The position numbers and the translations under genes were made by a program. This document shows positions 51,312-59,948 of a stretch of 64,000 nt of DNA, piece after piece (the first letter of the stretch is position 1; each line of letters starts with the position of its first letter). The DNA comes from Thermodesulfobacteriota bacterium. GTDB lineage: Bacteria > Desulfobacterota_D > UBA1144. Under the pieces are notes generated by a model. It saw nothing but the letters and a program-made list of their open reading frames with translations. It searched no databases and was not told the DNA's origin. Where the stretch lies: assembly GCA_036340075.1 (NCBI GenBank), contig JAYYZJ010000012.1, positions 6,516-70,515 on the forward strand, given 5' to 3'.

Positions 51312-52111
51312 TGATAAGAAACTTAATTATTCCTGTAATATTTCTAAGTATCTTTATTGCTTGTACGACTGCACCAATCACTGGCAGAAGTCAGCTCATC
51401 CTTATCTCTGAAATACAAGAAATTAAATTGGGAATAACTGCTTATAACCAGGTTCTACAAGAAAGCAAACTTTCCAAAAATAAAACTTACGTTGATTCGG
51501 TAAAAAGGGTAGGCGACAGAATAGCTTCGTATACAGGAAAAAATTATAATTGGCAGTTCAATGTAATAGAGTCAGATCAAATTAATGCTTGGTGCCTACC
51601 GGGTGGCAAGATTGCATTTTATGAAGGAATATTAGATATAATGGATAATGAAGCTCAGGTAGCAGCTGTAATGGCCCATGAAATAGCCCATGCTACTGCA
51701 AGACATGGTGGTGAGAGAATTAGCCTAGGCATATTAGCACAGGTTGGAGCAGTTGCATTACAAGTGGCATTAAGAGACAAAGACCCAGCAATTCAATATG
51801 CTGTTTTCCAAGCTTATGCTCCAACAGTTTTGATTGGCGTTATATTGCCATATAGTAGAAACCAAGAACACGAAGCTGACGAGATTGGCTTAGTCTATAT
51901 GTCAAAAGCGGGCTACAATCCAGAAGAGGCTCTTATCTTTTGGGAAAAAATGTATGAAGAGAATAAAGGCAAACCAAGACCACCAGAATGGTTGAGCACA
52001 CATCCTACAACACCAAAAAGAATAGCCGAGATAAAAGAGATGCTTCCAGAAATGATTGAAATTTACCTGGCTTCAGAGGAAAAAAATACTCCTCTTAAAC
52101 CTCTTCACTAA
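51311..52111 (+). CDS. M48 family Zn metallopeptidase lipoprotein
   Basis: Lipobox FIAC, TGRSQL, NAWCLPGG, HEIAH, EADEIG, LSTHP. Confidence 0.93.
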   Translation: MIRNLIIPVIFLSIFIACTTAPITGRSQLILISEIQEIKLGITAYNQVLQESKLSKNKTYVDSVKRVGDRIASYTGKNYNWQFNVIESDQINAWCLPGGKIAFYEGILDIMDNEAQVAAVMAHEIAHATARHGGERISLGILAQVGAVALQVALRDKDPAIQYAVFQAYAPTVLIGVILPYSRNQEHEADEIGLVYMSKAGYNPEEALIFWEKMYEENKGKPRPPEWLSTHPTTPKRIAEIKEMLPEMIEIYLASEEKNTPLKPLH

Positions 52112-52136
52112 TATAAAAATTTTTTTTATTTATCTA

Positions 52137-52193
52137 TTGCAATATTTTTTTTATCACGTATCTTTCTGTTGCGTGAAACAAAAAATAAGTTTC
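52137..52193 (+). promoter_or_regulatory. Putative promoter TTGCAA-16-TATCTT with inverted repeats
   Basis: TTGCAA 52137-52142, TATCTT 52159-52164; TCACG-N13-CGTGA (52154-52176) and GAAAC-N9-GTTTC (52175-52193). Confidence 0.35.
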
Positions 52194-52278
52194 TTTTTTA
52201 CAAAAAACATCTTTCAATTTAAACCAAAAGTCGACAATTTCTTTTACAAAATTTTTTCTCAAAACGGAGATATAAGAT

Positions 52279-53238
52279 ATGGATCTAATTAACATCTGGG
52301 CCCTAGCGGGTTTTCTACTTGCCTCATACTCAGTTATTGCTAATGATAGCATTCAAACTCTAGGAACTTTTATAGCTTCCAATAAAGAATCTATAAACTG
52401 GAAGATTTTATGGCTCTTTGGGGCCACTATTTTTTCAATTGTTGTAGTTTATGGATGGTTGACATACGGTGGCGACATATCTTATGGACGATTAACAAGG
52501 ATAGATTATATAGAGCCACAGTGGTACCATGCTGTTGCTCCAGCAATTCTTCTTGTTTTAACTAGATTCGGAATTCCAGTTTCTACTACTTTTTTAGTAT
52601 TTTCGGTCTTTGCATCTTCTGTTGTTTTAGAAAAGATAGTAATTAAATCTATAGTCGGCTACGGTGTCGCAGCGGTCTCAGCTTATCTAATCTGGCTTGT
52701 GATAAGTTCATTTATCGACGAAAAGTTAGATAAAGTTAGACCTGAGAATATAAAATACTGGAGAGTTGCTCAATGGACCACAAGTGGGTATCTATGGTTT
52801 GCTTGGCTGCAGCACGACTTAGCCAACATCGCAGTCTACTTGCCAAGACAATTATCACTACCCTTATTATTAGGAGTAGTGTTGTTAGGTATATGTTTCT
52901 TAGGTTTTATCTTTTACAGTGGGGGCGGAAGAATACAAAAAATTGTTTTAAATAAGACTGGCTCAAGGTATTTACGTTCTACAAGTATCATTGATGTAAT
53001 ATACGCGACAATCCTATTTTTCTTTAAAGAGTTAAATGATCTTCCAATGTCAACTACATGGGTATTTGTTGGCCTCTTGTCTGGTAGAGAGTTGGCAATG
53101 TCGACTACTAGAAAAGACTATAAGCTTAAATATATTTTCCCTATTGTTGCAAAAGATTTTGGAAAACTCTTACTTGGACTTGCGATTTCCATACTGGTAG
53201 TTTTCGGAGTTATTTTCTTAGAAGGAAATGGGTATTAA
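52279..53238 (+). CDS. PiT-superfamily-like multi-pass transporter, substrate uncertain
   Basis: About 9-10 hydrophobic segments; duplicated motifs ANDSIQT/HDLAN and PVSTT/PMSTT resemble PiT signatures. Confidence 0.65.
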   Translation: MDLINIWALAGFLLASYSVIANDSIQTLGTFIASNKESINWKILWLFGATIFSIVVVYGWLTYGGDISYGRLTRIDYIEPQWYHAVAPAILLVLTRFGIPVSTTFLVFSVFASSVVLEKIVIKSIVGYGVAAVSAYLIWLVISSFIDEKLDKVRPENIKYWRVAQWTTSGYLWFAWLQHDLANIAVYLPRQLSLPLLLGVVLLGICFLGFIFYSGGGRIQKIVLNKTGSRYLRSTSIIDVIYATILFFFKELNDLPMSTTWVFVGLLSGRELAMSTTRKDYKLKYIFPIVAKDFGKLLLGLAISILVVFGVIFLEGNGY

Positions 53239-53320
53239 TAACAGGGATAGATAGAAAATCATGTTTCAAACAAAGTCATTGAGAAAGCAATATAAAAAAA
53301 GAAAAAAGGAGTCATCTCAC

Positions 53321-53485
53321 ATGAAAAAAAGTGCTAACATTAATATATATATTCATTCTATGCGAGTGAAAGATGAATGTATAACGGAGAAAGAAATTAA
53401 GCCCGAATGTTTATATGATGATGGGGTATCAGTCAGACCAGAATGCTTAGAGGAGCCTGTTAAGTATCTCAAGAGGTTAAAATGA
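53321..53485 (+). CDS. Small protein (54 aa) with three Glu-Cys repeats
   Basis: AGGAG SD at 53307-53311; ATGA overlap with the porin start; DECI/PECL/PECL repeats. Confidence 0.55.
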   Translation: MKKSANINIYIHSMRVKDECITEKEIKPECLYDDGVSVRPECLEEPVKYLKRLK

Positions 53486-54873
53486 ATAAATTTTTTCTAC
53501 CTTTTTTCTTATTTTTTTCTTTAATCTCCATTTCGACTGTATTTAGCAAAGAACTACCAGAAGATTCTTCATCCGGAATCCTTAAAAATGTGACAGCTGA
53601 CTTAACTAAAGATTCTGATGATATCAAATTAAAATACAAAGCTGGTAAAGGACTTGAGTTTAAAGGCGGAGATGCTTTCAAATTAAATCTTGGTGCAAGA
53701 ATACAATTTAGATTTGATTCCGCAGACTACAATCAAGCAGCTAGTGGTACACAAGATTCAGGTACAAGAGTTGTTTCTTCTTTGGCCTCTATAGAAGGTA
53801 AAGAAGGCAGAACACACGATTTTATGACAAGAAGATTTCAAATTACTTTTTCTGGATATGCTTATAACCCAAACATTTTTTATAAATATATTTTATGTTC
53901 AGATAAAAATGGTACAGACTGTGTTGGATCAGGATCAGGTCTCGGGATTGAAGATGCTTACTTTGGATATAAATTCGGAAAAGGGAAAATATTGATGGGT
54001 CAGTGGAAACTTCCCTTCACGGTTGAAGAGCAAACATCTTCAAGCAATCTTGAATATGTTGATAGATCTGCAAATCAATTAACTTTTGAAAGAGACCACC
54101 AGATTCGTTTGGAGATTGAACCTAATAGTCAAATTAAAGCAACAGCGGCACTTGGAGCAGGCTTAGGAGGCAATAAGCTAAAATCTAATCAAGCTGCTGA
54201 AGGTACAACTGGTGATGAATCAGATGGTTGGGACAAAGTTGAAGTTTACAGATTAGAGATAACTCCATTTGGTAAAATGAAGTATAGCCAAGCAGACTTA
54301 AAAAAATCTGATAGTGTAAAACTAAGATTTGGAGCAGCTAGACTTTATTGGAGAGATGTTAACTTAAAATTCGATGGTGACTTTGATGCTGTAGGGAGTA
54401 GAGGTAAATTTGACGATCGTCTAGATGACTTTGAAACTGCATATTACAAAAATGATAAAAATGGAGCAGCCTTTCAAGGCAATAGCTTCTATACTATGAC
54501 AGCCACTACATTCGATGCGGGAATAAAGTACAATGGTTTATTCGCTGAATTCGAACACACCATTAATGAACTTAAAGATAAAACTTTAGGCAAAGGTACT
54601 GAAAGCATTAATTGGACCAGGTACCAAGTTTCTTACCACATAAGAAATGGTTGGGTAACTGGTTTTAGATATGGTGTTTTAGACCAGTCTGACAGAGCTT
54701 CAGATGAAATAACAGAAAAAACAATTACACTTTCAAAATTCTTTGTTGGCCATAATCTAAAGATCAATGCAGATTATGGATGGTTGGAAGAAGAATTAGG
54801 ACCTAAAACTACAGTAACTTCAGATCAAGCTGAGACAACAACATTTAGAATACAAGCACAGCTTAAATTCTGA
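53482..54873 (+). CDS. OprO/OprP-like outer-membrane porin
   Basis: Signal peptide; RRFQITFSG, EDAYFGY, GQWKLPFTVEEQTSSSNLEYVDRS; C-terminal QAQLKF beta-signal. Confidence 0.8.
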   Translation: MNKFFLPFFLFFSLISISTVFSKELPEDSSSGILKNVTADLTKDSDDIKLKYKAGKGLEFKGGDAFKLNLGARIQFRFDSADYNQAASGTQDSGTRVVSSLASIEGKEGRTHDFMTRRFQITFSGYAYNPNIFYKYILCSDKNGTDCVGSGSGLGIEDAYFGYKFGKGKILMGQWKLPFTVEEQTSSSNLEYVDRSANQLTFERDHQIRLEIEPNSQIKATAALGAGLGGNKLKSNQAAEGTTGDESDGWDKVEVYRLEITPFGKMKYSQADLKKSDSVKLRFGAARLYWRDVNLKFDGDFDAVGSRGKFDDRLDDFETAYYKNDKNGAAFQGNSFYTMTATTFDAGIKYNGLFAEFEHTINELKDKTLGKGTESINWTRYQVSYHIRNGWVTGFRYGVLDQSDRASDEITEKTITLSKFFVGHNLKINADYGWLEEELGPKTTVTSDQAETTTFRIQAQLKF

Positions 54874-54984
54874 GAGGCACTTAAACAAAGACTTTTCTGC
54901 TAAGGGAAAAATTATACGTGCTCTTTTATTTTGAAAAAACATTATTATGAATTAATATATCAAGAAATATTCTGGAGGAGTACT

Positions 54985-55116
54985 TTGAGACAATTTGCAA
55001 AAATTCTAGTATTGGTTGTTTTTTTAGTATCGTCACTACAAGGATGTTCCTGGATAAGTAAGAAATGGGACGAAAGACCATCTTGGATGGGCGGCGATAA
55101 GGTAGAAAAGGAATAG
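54985..55116 (+). CDS. Very small lipoprotein (43-aa precursor)
   Basis: GGAGGAG SD, TTG start, hydrophobic core, lipobox LQG-C. Confidence 0.7.
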   Translation: MRQFAKILVLVVFLVSSLQGCSWISKKWDERPSWMGGDKVEKE

Positions 55117-55172
55117 CCAGAACTAACCAACAATAAAACTTTATAACCTTTTATTGTTTTATACTTATTCCT

Positions 55173-56549
55173 ATGAGTAAAAGAGATGAATTTTCAGAGA
55201 TGTTGTCATCTTTGCTTGGGGAGAGATTTAGTTTATCTGAAAGTGTTAGATCTAATTATGCAAAAGGCGAAGATATCTTTGATCCAGTCCTACCTTTCGC
55301 GGTTGCTTTCCCTAATTCCACAGAAGAAGTTTCTCAAATACTAAAGTTGTGTAACAAGTTTAAAGTACCCGTAGTTCCATTTGCTGCAGGAACCTCACTT
55401 GAAGGACAAGTAGTAGGAAACCAAGATGGTATATCAATTAGTATGGAAAATTTCAATAAGATTATTGAAGTAAATAATGAAGATTTCGACTGCAGAGTGG
55501 AAGCCGCGGTAACCAGAATTCAATTAAACAATTATCTTAAAGACAAAGGTGTCTTTTTCCCTATAGACCCTGGAGCTGATGCAACAATTGGTGGCATGTG
55601 TGCTACTTCAGCATCAGGAACTATGGCTGTAAGATACGGAACAATGAAAACAAGTGTTTTAGGATTCACGATTGTTCTTCCAAGTGGTGAGATTATAACT
55701 ACAGGTGGAAGATCAAAGAAAACTTCTGCAGGTTATAATTTAAATGGACTTTTTATTGGCTCAGAAGGCACACTTGGGATAATTACTGAAATTCAGTTAA
55801 GACTCAGCCCTGTTCCAGAGAGCATAATTAGTGGTATATGCCATTTCGAAACTGTTAATGATGCAGTTAATTCTGTAAAAGAAATAATTCAATATGGAAT
55901 ACCTGTTGCAAGAATAGAACTCTTGAATGCTGAACAAATGGAAATAAGTATAAATTTTTCTAACCTATCAGGCTTAGACATTAAACCCACTCTTTTTTTT
56001 GAATTTCATGGAACTGAGGATTCAAATATTGAATCAGTAAGGAATGCAAATGAAATATGTGACAGCAATAATGGATTTAAATTTAGTTGGTCAAAAGATT
56101 TTGAAGAAAGAAACAAGCTTTGGAAAGCAAGACACGATGTTTACTGGTCAGTAAAAGCTCTTAAGCCTAATTCTAGAGTTTATGCTACGGATGCATGTGT
56201 CCCCATAACAAGGTTAGCTGAATGTATTGAGTTTGCAGAAATTGAAATAAAAAAATTCAATCTTCGAGCTCCTATTATTGGGCACGTTGGTGATGGTAAT
56301 TTTCATGTAACTGTTTTGTATGACCCAGAGAAAAAGAATGATTTTGATGTGATTAGAAAATTTAGTGATAAACTAGTTTCCAAGTCATTAGAACTAGGGG
56401 GGACTATTACAGGAGAGCATGGAATAGGATTGAATAAGAAGGAGTACCTATCCTTAGAACACAATGATTCCATCCCCCTTATGAAGGCACTTAAAAAGTG
56501 TATTGATCCTAACAATATTATGAATCCAGGAAAAGTTTTTGATTTATGA
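55173..56549 (+). CDS. FAD-linked oxidase, D-lactate dehydrogenase/GlcD family
   Basis: AGTSLEG, DPGADATIGG, GSEGTLG, HVGDGNFH, GEHGIG, IMNPGK. Confidence 0.92.
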   Translation: MSKRDEFSEMLSSLLGERFSLSESVRSNYAKGEDIFDPVLPFAVAFPNSTEEVSQILKLCNKFKVPVVPFAAGTSLEGQVVGNQDGISISMENFNKIIEVNNEDFDCRVEAAVTRIQLNNYLKDKGVFFPIDPGADATIGGMCATSASGTMAVRYGTMKTSVLGFTIVLPSGEIITTGGRSKKTSAGYNLNGLFIGSEGTLGIITEIQLRLSPVPESIISGICHFETVNDAVNSVKEIIQYGIPVARIELLNAEQMEISINFSNLSGLDIKPTLFFEFHGTEDSNIESVRNANEICDSNNGFKFSWSKDFEERNKLWKARHDVYWSVKALKPNSRVYATDACVPITRLAECIEFAEIEIKKFNLRAPIIGHVGDGNFHVTVLYDPEKKNDFDVIRKFSDKLVSKSLELGGTITGEHGIGLNKKEYLSLEHNDSIPLMKALKKCIDPNNIMNPGKVFDL

Positions 56550-56552
56550 GAA

Positions 56553-56639
56553 TTAACCTAAATACGCGGAATCATTGGATATTCTTAATTTTGACTAAAA
56601 TTGATGAAACAATGCCTAAAAGAAGGGCGTATTTGTTAA
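56553..56639 (+). ncRNA. Candidate structured RNA or 3'-UTR element (87-nt rod-like fold)
   Basis: Nested pairings TTAAC/GTTAA, AAATACGC/GCGTATTT, CATTG/CAATG, TTC/GAA, TAATTTT/AAAATTG; no family recognised. Confidence 0.3.
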
Positions 56640-56688
56640 GAAAAAGTTAAGAAAACCCTTGACTTAGCACCTTAAAATGACTTATTGT
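56635..56688 (+). promoter_or_regulatory. 11-bp-period direct repeat GTTAAGAAAA x2 followed by TTGACT-18-TATTGT
   Basis: Repeats at 56635-56644 and 56646-56655; TTGACT 56659-56664; TATTGT 56683-56688; strong AAGGAGGT SD downstream. Confidence 0.5.
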
Positions 56689-56720
56689 TATGTATCTTTA
56701 CAAAAAGGAGGTAAGGACGG

Positions 56721-58358
56721 ATGCGTATAATGAAATATGTATTTGCTTTGGTATTCGCCATTGGTTTAGCTATTCCTACTTTTGCTGTAGAACTTAGCCT
56801 TGGTGGATTTCCAAGTTTCATGAGATTCCGTTGGAGAACCATTCAAAATGGTACTTATCACAACATCTTAACACCTGCCGAACTTGATGACATGGGCGGC
56901 GGTTTAGATGCTGATACTACTGGTGAGAACATCCATTTTGCTGATATGACTCTTCGTTTATCACCTCAATTAGTACTTAGTGATGCTGTTACAATTAGAA
57001 CAACACTTGATGTTTTAAGTAACGCAATTGCTGGTGGTGCTACTGGTGGTTTATTTGGTGAAGACTCAGATGGTTCAGAAGGTGGCGGTGTTGTCATGGA
57101 CGACCTAAGATATACCGATAGATTTAACGGTTCATTCCTATGGGGTGACGATGCTGTGTCAGAAGACTATGGCACATTTACTGTTAAGTTTATGCACGCG
57201 GATATCAATTTAGGTGAAAGAGGTTTCGTAAGAATCGGTAGACAACCATTTGATTGGGGTCTTGGTACTTATGCAAACGGTGGACACGATCCTTATTCAG
57301 ATAAAGGATTTAACGTTGATCGTTTACTATGGTTAAAAGGATTCGGTACACCTCTAGGTAGTTTAACTTTAGTGTTAGTATCTGATTATTTAGGTGGTGG
57401 TTCTGACCACGATAGCCCGGATGGTAACAACGTTGCTGCAGATAACTCATTTGGTTTATTTGAAGGTAACGGTCAAACTGTTGACTACTTAGCTGCCGCT
57501 GTAATTGTTAACAACGGCGCACTAACATATGGTGGTTACTACTTCCCATATATCGAACAAAATAACATGGATATTGGTGGTGGTAGATCAGAAATTGACA
57601 TGGCATTAGCACTTTATAGTGCATATGTACAATGGAAAACTTCTGACTATATGTGGCATACAGAATATACAGGTGCTTACGGTGAATTGAGTTTAGCTAA
57701 CGCTGACCAGTTAACTGTTACACGTAATAACTATGTTCTAATGTCTAGACTAGAACTTTACCCAACTGCTCCATTTAGTAAGATTTTATTTGAAGCAGGT
57801 ATGTCACCAGGTGACCAGTCTAATACATCAGCTGGTAACAACGACTACGAAGGTTCTATTGTTAGATTCAATGGTGCATATAACTTAGACCAATTGCTAT
57901 TTAAACACGTTATTCCTACTCTTTATCAAAGATCAGGAAGTGTTATAAATGCTAAGTACCTTAAAGGTGCGGTTGATTATGGCTTAGCTAATGGTGATAA
58001 CCTTAACTTAGCTGTAATTATGGCTTGGCATGAAAATGACAAACCAGCAGACCAAAGCTTAGGTGCTAACGCTGGTGGATCAGCAGGTACTGCAGGTTCT
58101 CTAGACAAATTTATAGGTACTGAATATGAAGCTACTTATTCAACTAATTTAGTTGATGGTGTAGAACTTTCATTTATTGGTTCTTATATTGATGTAGGAA
58201 GTGGTTTGGAAGATGCTTTAATCGCACAAACCTATTCTAACTATTCAAAAGCAAGATCTAAGTCGTTACTAGAAACAGAAGGAAACATTTGGGCGTTTCA
58301 ATCTAGATTATTAATCTTTATTGATGACTTCTTTAAAGCTCCTGCTGCAAGTAAGTAA
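56721..58358 (+). CDS. Probable major outer-membrane beta-barrel protein
   Basis: Signal peptide ending TFA, IGRQPFDWGLG barrel-type motif, visibly biased codons (GGT, GCT, AAC, CGT), own promoter and terminator. Confidence 0.75.
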   Translation: MRIMKYVFALVFAIGLAIPTFAVELSLGGFPSFMRFRWRTIQNGTYHNILTPAELDDMGGGLDADTTGENIHFADMTLRLSPQLVLSDAVTIRTTLDVLSNAIAGGATGGLFGEDSDGSEGGGVVMDDLRYTDRFNGSFLWGDDAVSEDYGTFTVKFMHADINLGERGFVRIGRQPFDWGLGTYANGGHDPYSDKGFNVDRLLWLKGFGTPLGSLTLVLVSDYLGGGSDHDSPDGNNVAADNSFGLFEGNGQTVDYLAAAVIVNNGALTYGGYYFPYIEQNNMDIGGGRSEIDMALALYSAYVQWKTSDYMWHTEYTGAYGELSLANADQLTVTRNNYVLMSRLELYPTAPFSKILFEAGMSPGDQSNTSAGNNDYEGSIVRFNGAYNLDQLLFKHVIPTLYQRSGSVINAKYLKGAVDYGLANGDNLNLAVIMAWHENDKPADQSLGANAGGSAGTAGSLDKFIGTEYEATYSTNLVDGVELSFIGSYIDVGSGLEDALIAQTYSNYSKARSKSLLETEGNIWAFQSRLLIFIDDFFKAPAASK

Positions 58359-58378
58359 CTCTTAGTTTAATTACTTTT

Positions 58379-58414
58379 GGGAGTCCTATGAAAATTAGGA
58401 CTCCCTTTTTTTTT
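58379..58414 (+). terminator. Rho-independent terminator
   Basis: GGGAGTCCTA-TGAAAAT-TAGGACTCCC followed by T9. Confidence 0.92.
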
Positions 58415-58436
58415 ATAATCTGATAGATTAATAGTA

Positions 58437-59948
58437 ATGATTCGAAAGTTCTTGATAGTCTTTCTATTTTTTACCACTTCAGCATTGTCTATTTCTTTAG
58501 ATGATGCAATAACATACGCACTTCAAAACAATAGTAATATTAAACTTCAAGAAGCTGAAATAGAGCTAGAAAAAGGTTTAATTAAAGGAGCAAAAAGTCT
58601 CTACGATCCAAGTATAGGAATAGAATTTAATTATTCAGATGCAATCATACCAAGCACATCTGCTTTTGCCAAGAATAACGTAGTTAATGAGAATGTGACA
58701 TATGCAAGTCTCGGCTTAGATGGATACTTGCCAACAGGCACTTATTATAAGATTTTTAATTTCGAAATTGATAAAACAGAAACCGATCTAGGGTCAAGCG
58801 CTATTAGTCCACGATGGGATACAGATCTTAAATTTACACTCGGTCAAAATCTGCTAAAAGATTTCGGACCTAAAATTAATAATGCAAAGATTTTAATTGC
58901 ACAAAGAAATTCTAAAATATCAAAAATAGAATTAGAAAGAGTAATTTCAAAAACTATTCTTGATGTAGAAAAGAAATATTGGAATGCTGTGTACAGCAAA
59001 AAGAACTATGAACTTTCAAAATTGTCTTTAGACTTAGCGATAGATTTATTCAAGAAAAACGAAGTCGAAGTTGAACTAGGCACACTACCTAAAATAGCTT
59101 TATTACAAACAAAGTCAGAAGTTGCCCTTAGAGAAACAGATTTGATTAAATCAGAAAATAAGTACAAAGAAGCGCTGGATTTATTGAAGATATCTATGTC
59201 GTTACCTATAACTGAGAAAATTGAAGTTGATTCAGATGTAACAATGAAAGCCTCAGCTAATTTAGATCCTGACAAGCTAGATACTATTGCAATTAAAAAC
59301 AGACCAGAATTAAAACAAGGTGCTATTTTATTAGAAAATTCTAATGAACTAGCAGAGTATTACTTTAATCAATTGTTGCCTGATTTTAATGTTGAGGCCA
59401 CTTTGGGTTATACAGGATTAAGTGGTGAAAAAAATTCTGATTATTCATCAGCGATTCTAGGACAACCCAAGATTGCAAGTCGTTATGATGGAAAATTTAG
59501 AGATTCCATTAACAATTTGGAAACTTTAGATAATCGTTATTGGAGTGTAGGAGCAAGTATCTCGATACCGTTAAACAATAACGCAGCTAAGGGACAATAT
59601 GAGGAAGCAATTGCTACCAAAACTCAAAGATTGATAGAATTAGATAAAGTTCTTAATTCTATTAAATTCGAAGCACGAAAATCATATAGACAAGTTGCTT
59701 CAAGTATTAAAGAAGTAAAAGCATCTGAGTTAAATATTTCTTTGCATAAACAAATGCTAGAGATAGAAAAAGAATTATTTGAACTTGGAATGTCAAAAAC
59801 ACGAGATGTGCTTCAAGCACAAAGAGATTTAATTAAAGCTGAAACTCAATACAACAAAGCTCTAACAGATTACAATGTATCTCTGACATCTTTAGACTAT
59901 TCTCTTGGAACCTTGATTAAAGAAAAGAAAATTGTATTAGATGACTAA
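58437..59948 (+). CDS. TolC-family outer-membrane efflux protein
   Basis: Signal peptide, ISLDDAITYALQNN, two OEP-like repeats (VELGT, FELGM...DVLQAQ). Confidence 0.88.
   Translation: MIRKFLIVFLFFTTSALSISLDDAITYALQNNSNIKLQEAEIELEKGLIKGAKSLYDPSIGIEFNYSDAIIPSTSAFAKNNVVNENVTYASLGLDGYLPTGTYYKIFNFEIDKTETDLGSSAISPRWDTDLKFTLGQNLLKDFGPKINNAKILIAQRNSKISKIELERVISKTILDVEKKYWNAVYSKKNYELSKLSLDLAIDLFKKNEVEVELGTLPKIALLQTKSEVALRETDLIKSENKYKEALDLLKISMSLPITEKIEVDSDVTMKASANLDPDKLDTIAIKNRPELKQGAILLENSNELAEYYFNQLLPDFNVEATLGYTGLSGEKNSDYSSAILGQPKIASRYDGKFRDSINNLETLDNRYWSVGASISIPLNNNAAKGQYEEAIATKTQRLIELDKVLNSIKFEARKSYRQVASSIKEVKASELNISLHKQMLEIEKELFELGMSKTRDVLQAQRDLIKAETQYNKALTDYNVSLTSLDYSLGTLIKEKKIVLDD

Noticed and set aside
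52056-52352. ORFs 52056-52292 (+) and 52134-52352 (-)
   Set aside because: Low-complexity F/K/I translations of an AT-rich promoter region, overlapping real genes.
54874-54931. Possible terminator after the OprO/P-like porin (GAGGCAC...GTGCTC plus T-run)
   Set aside because: Bulged stem with a very large loop; too weak to call.
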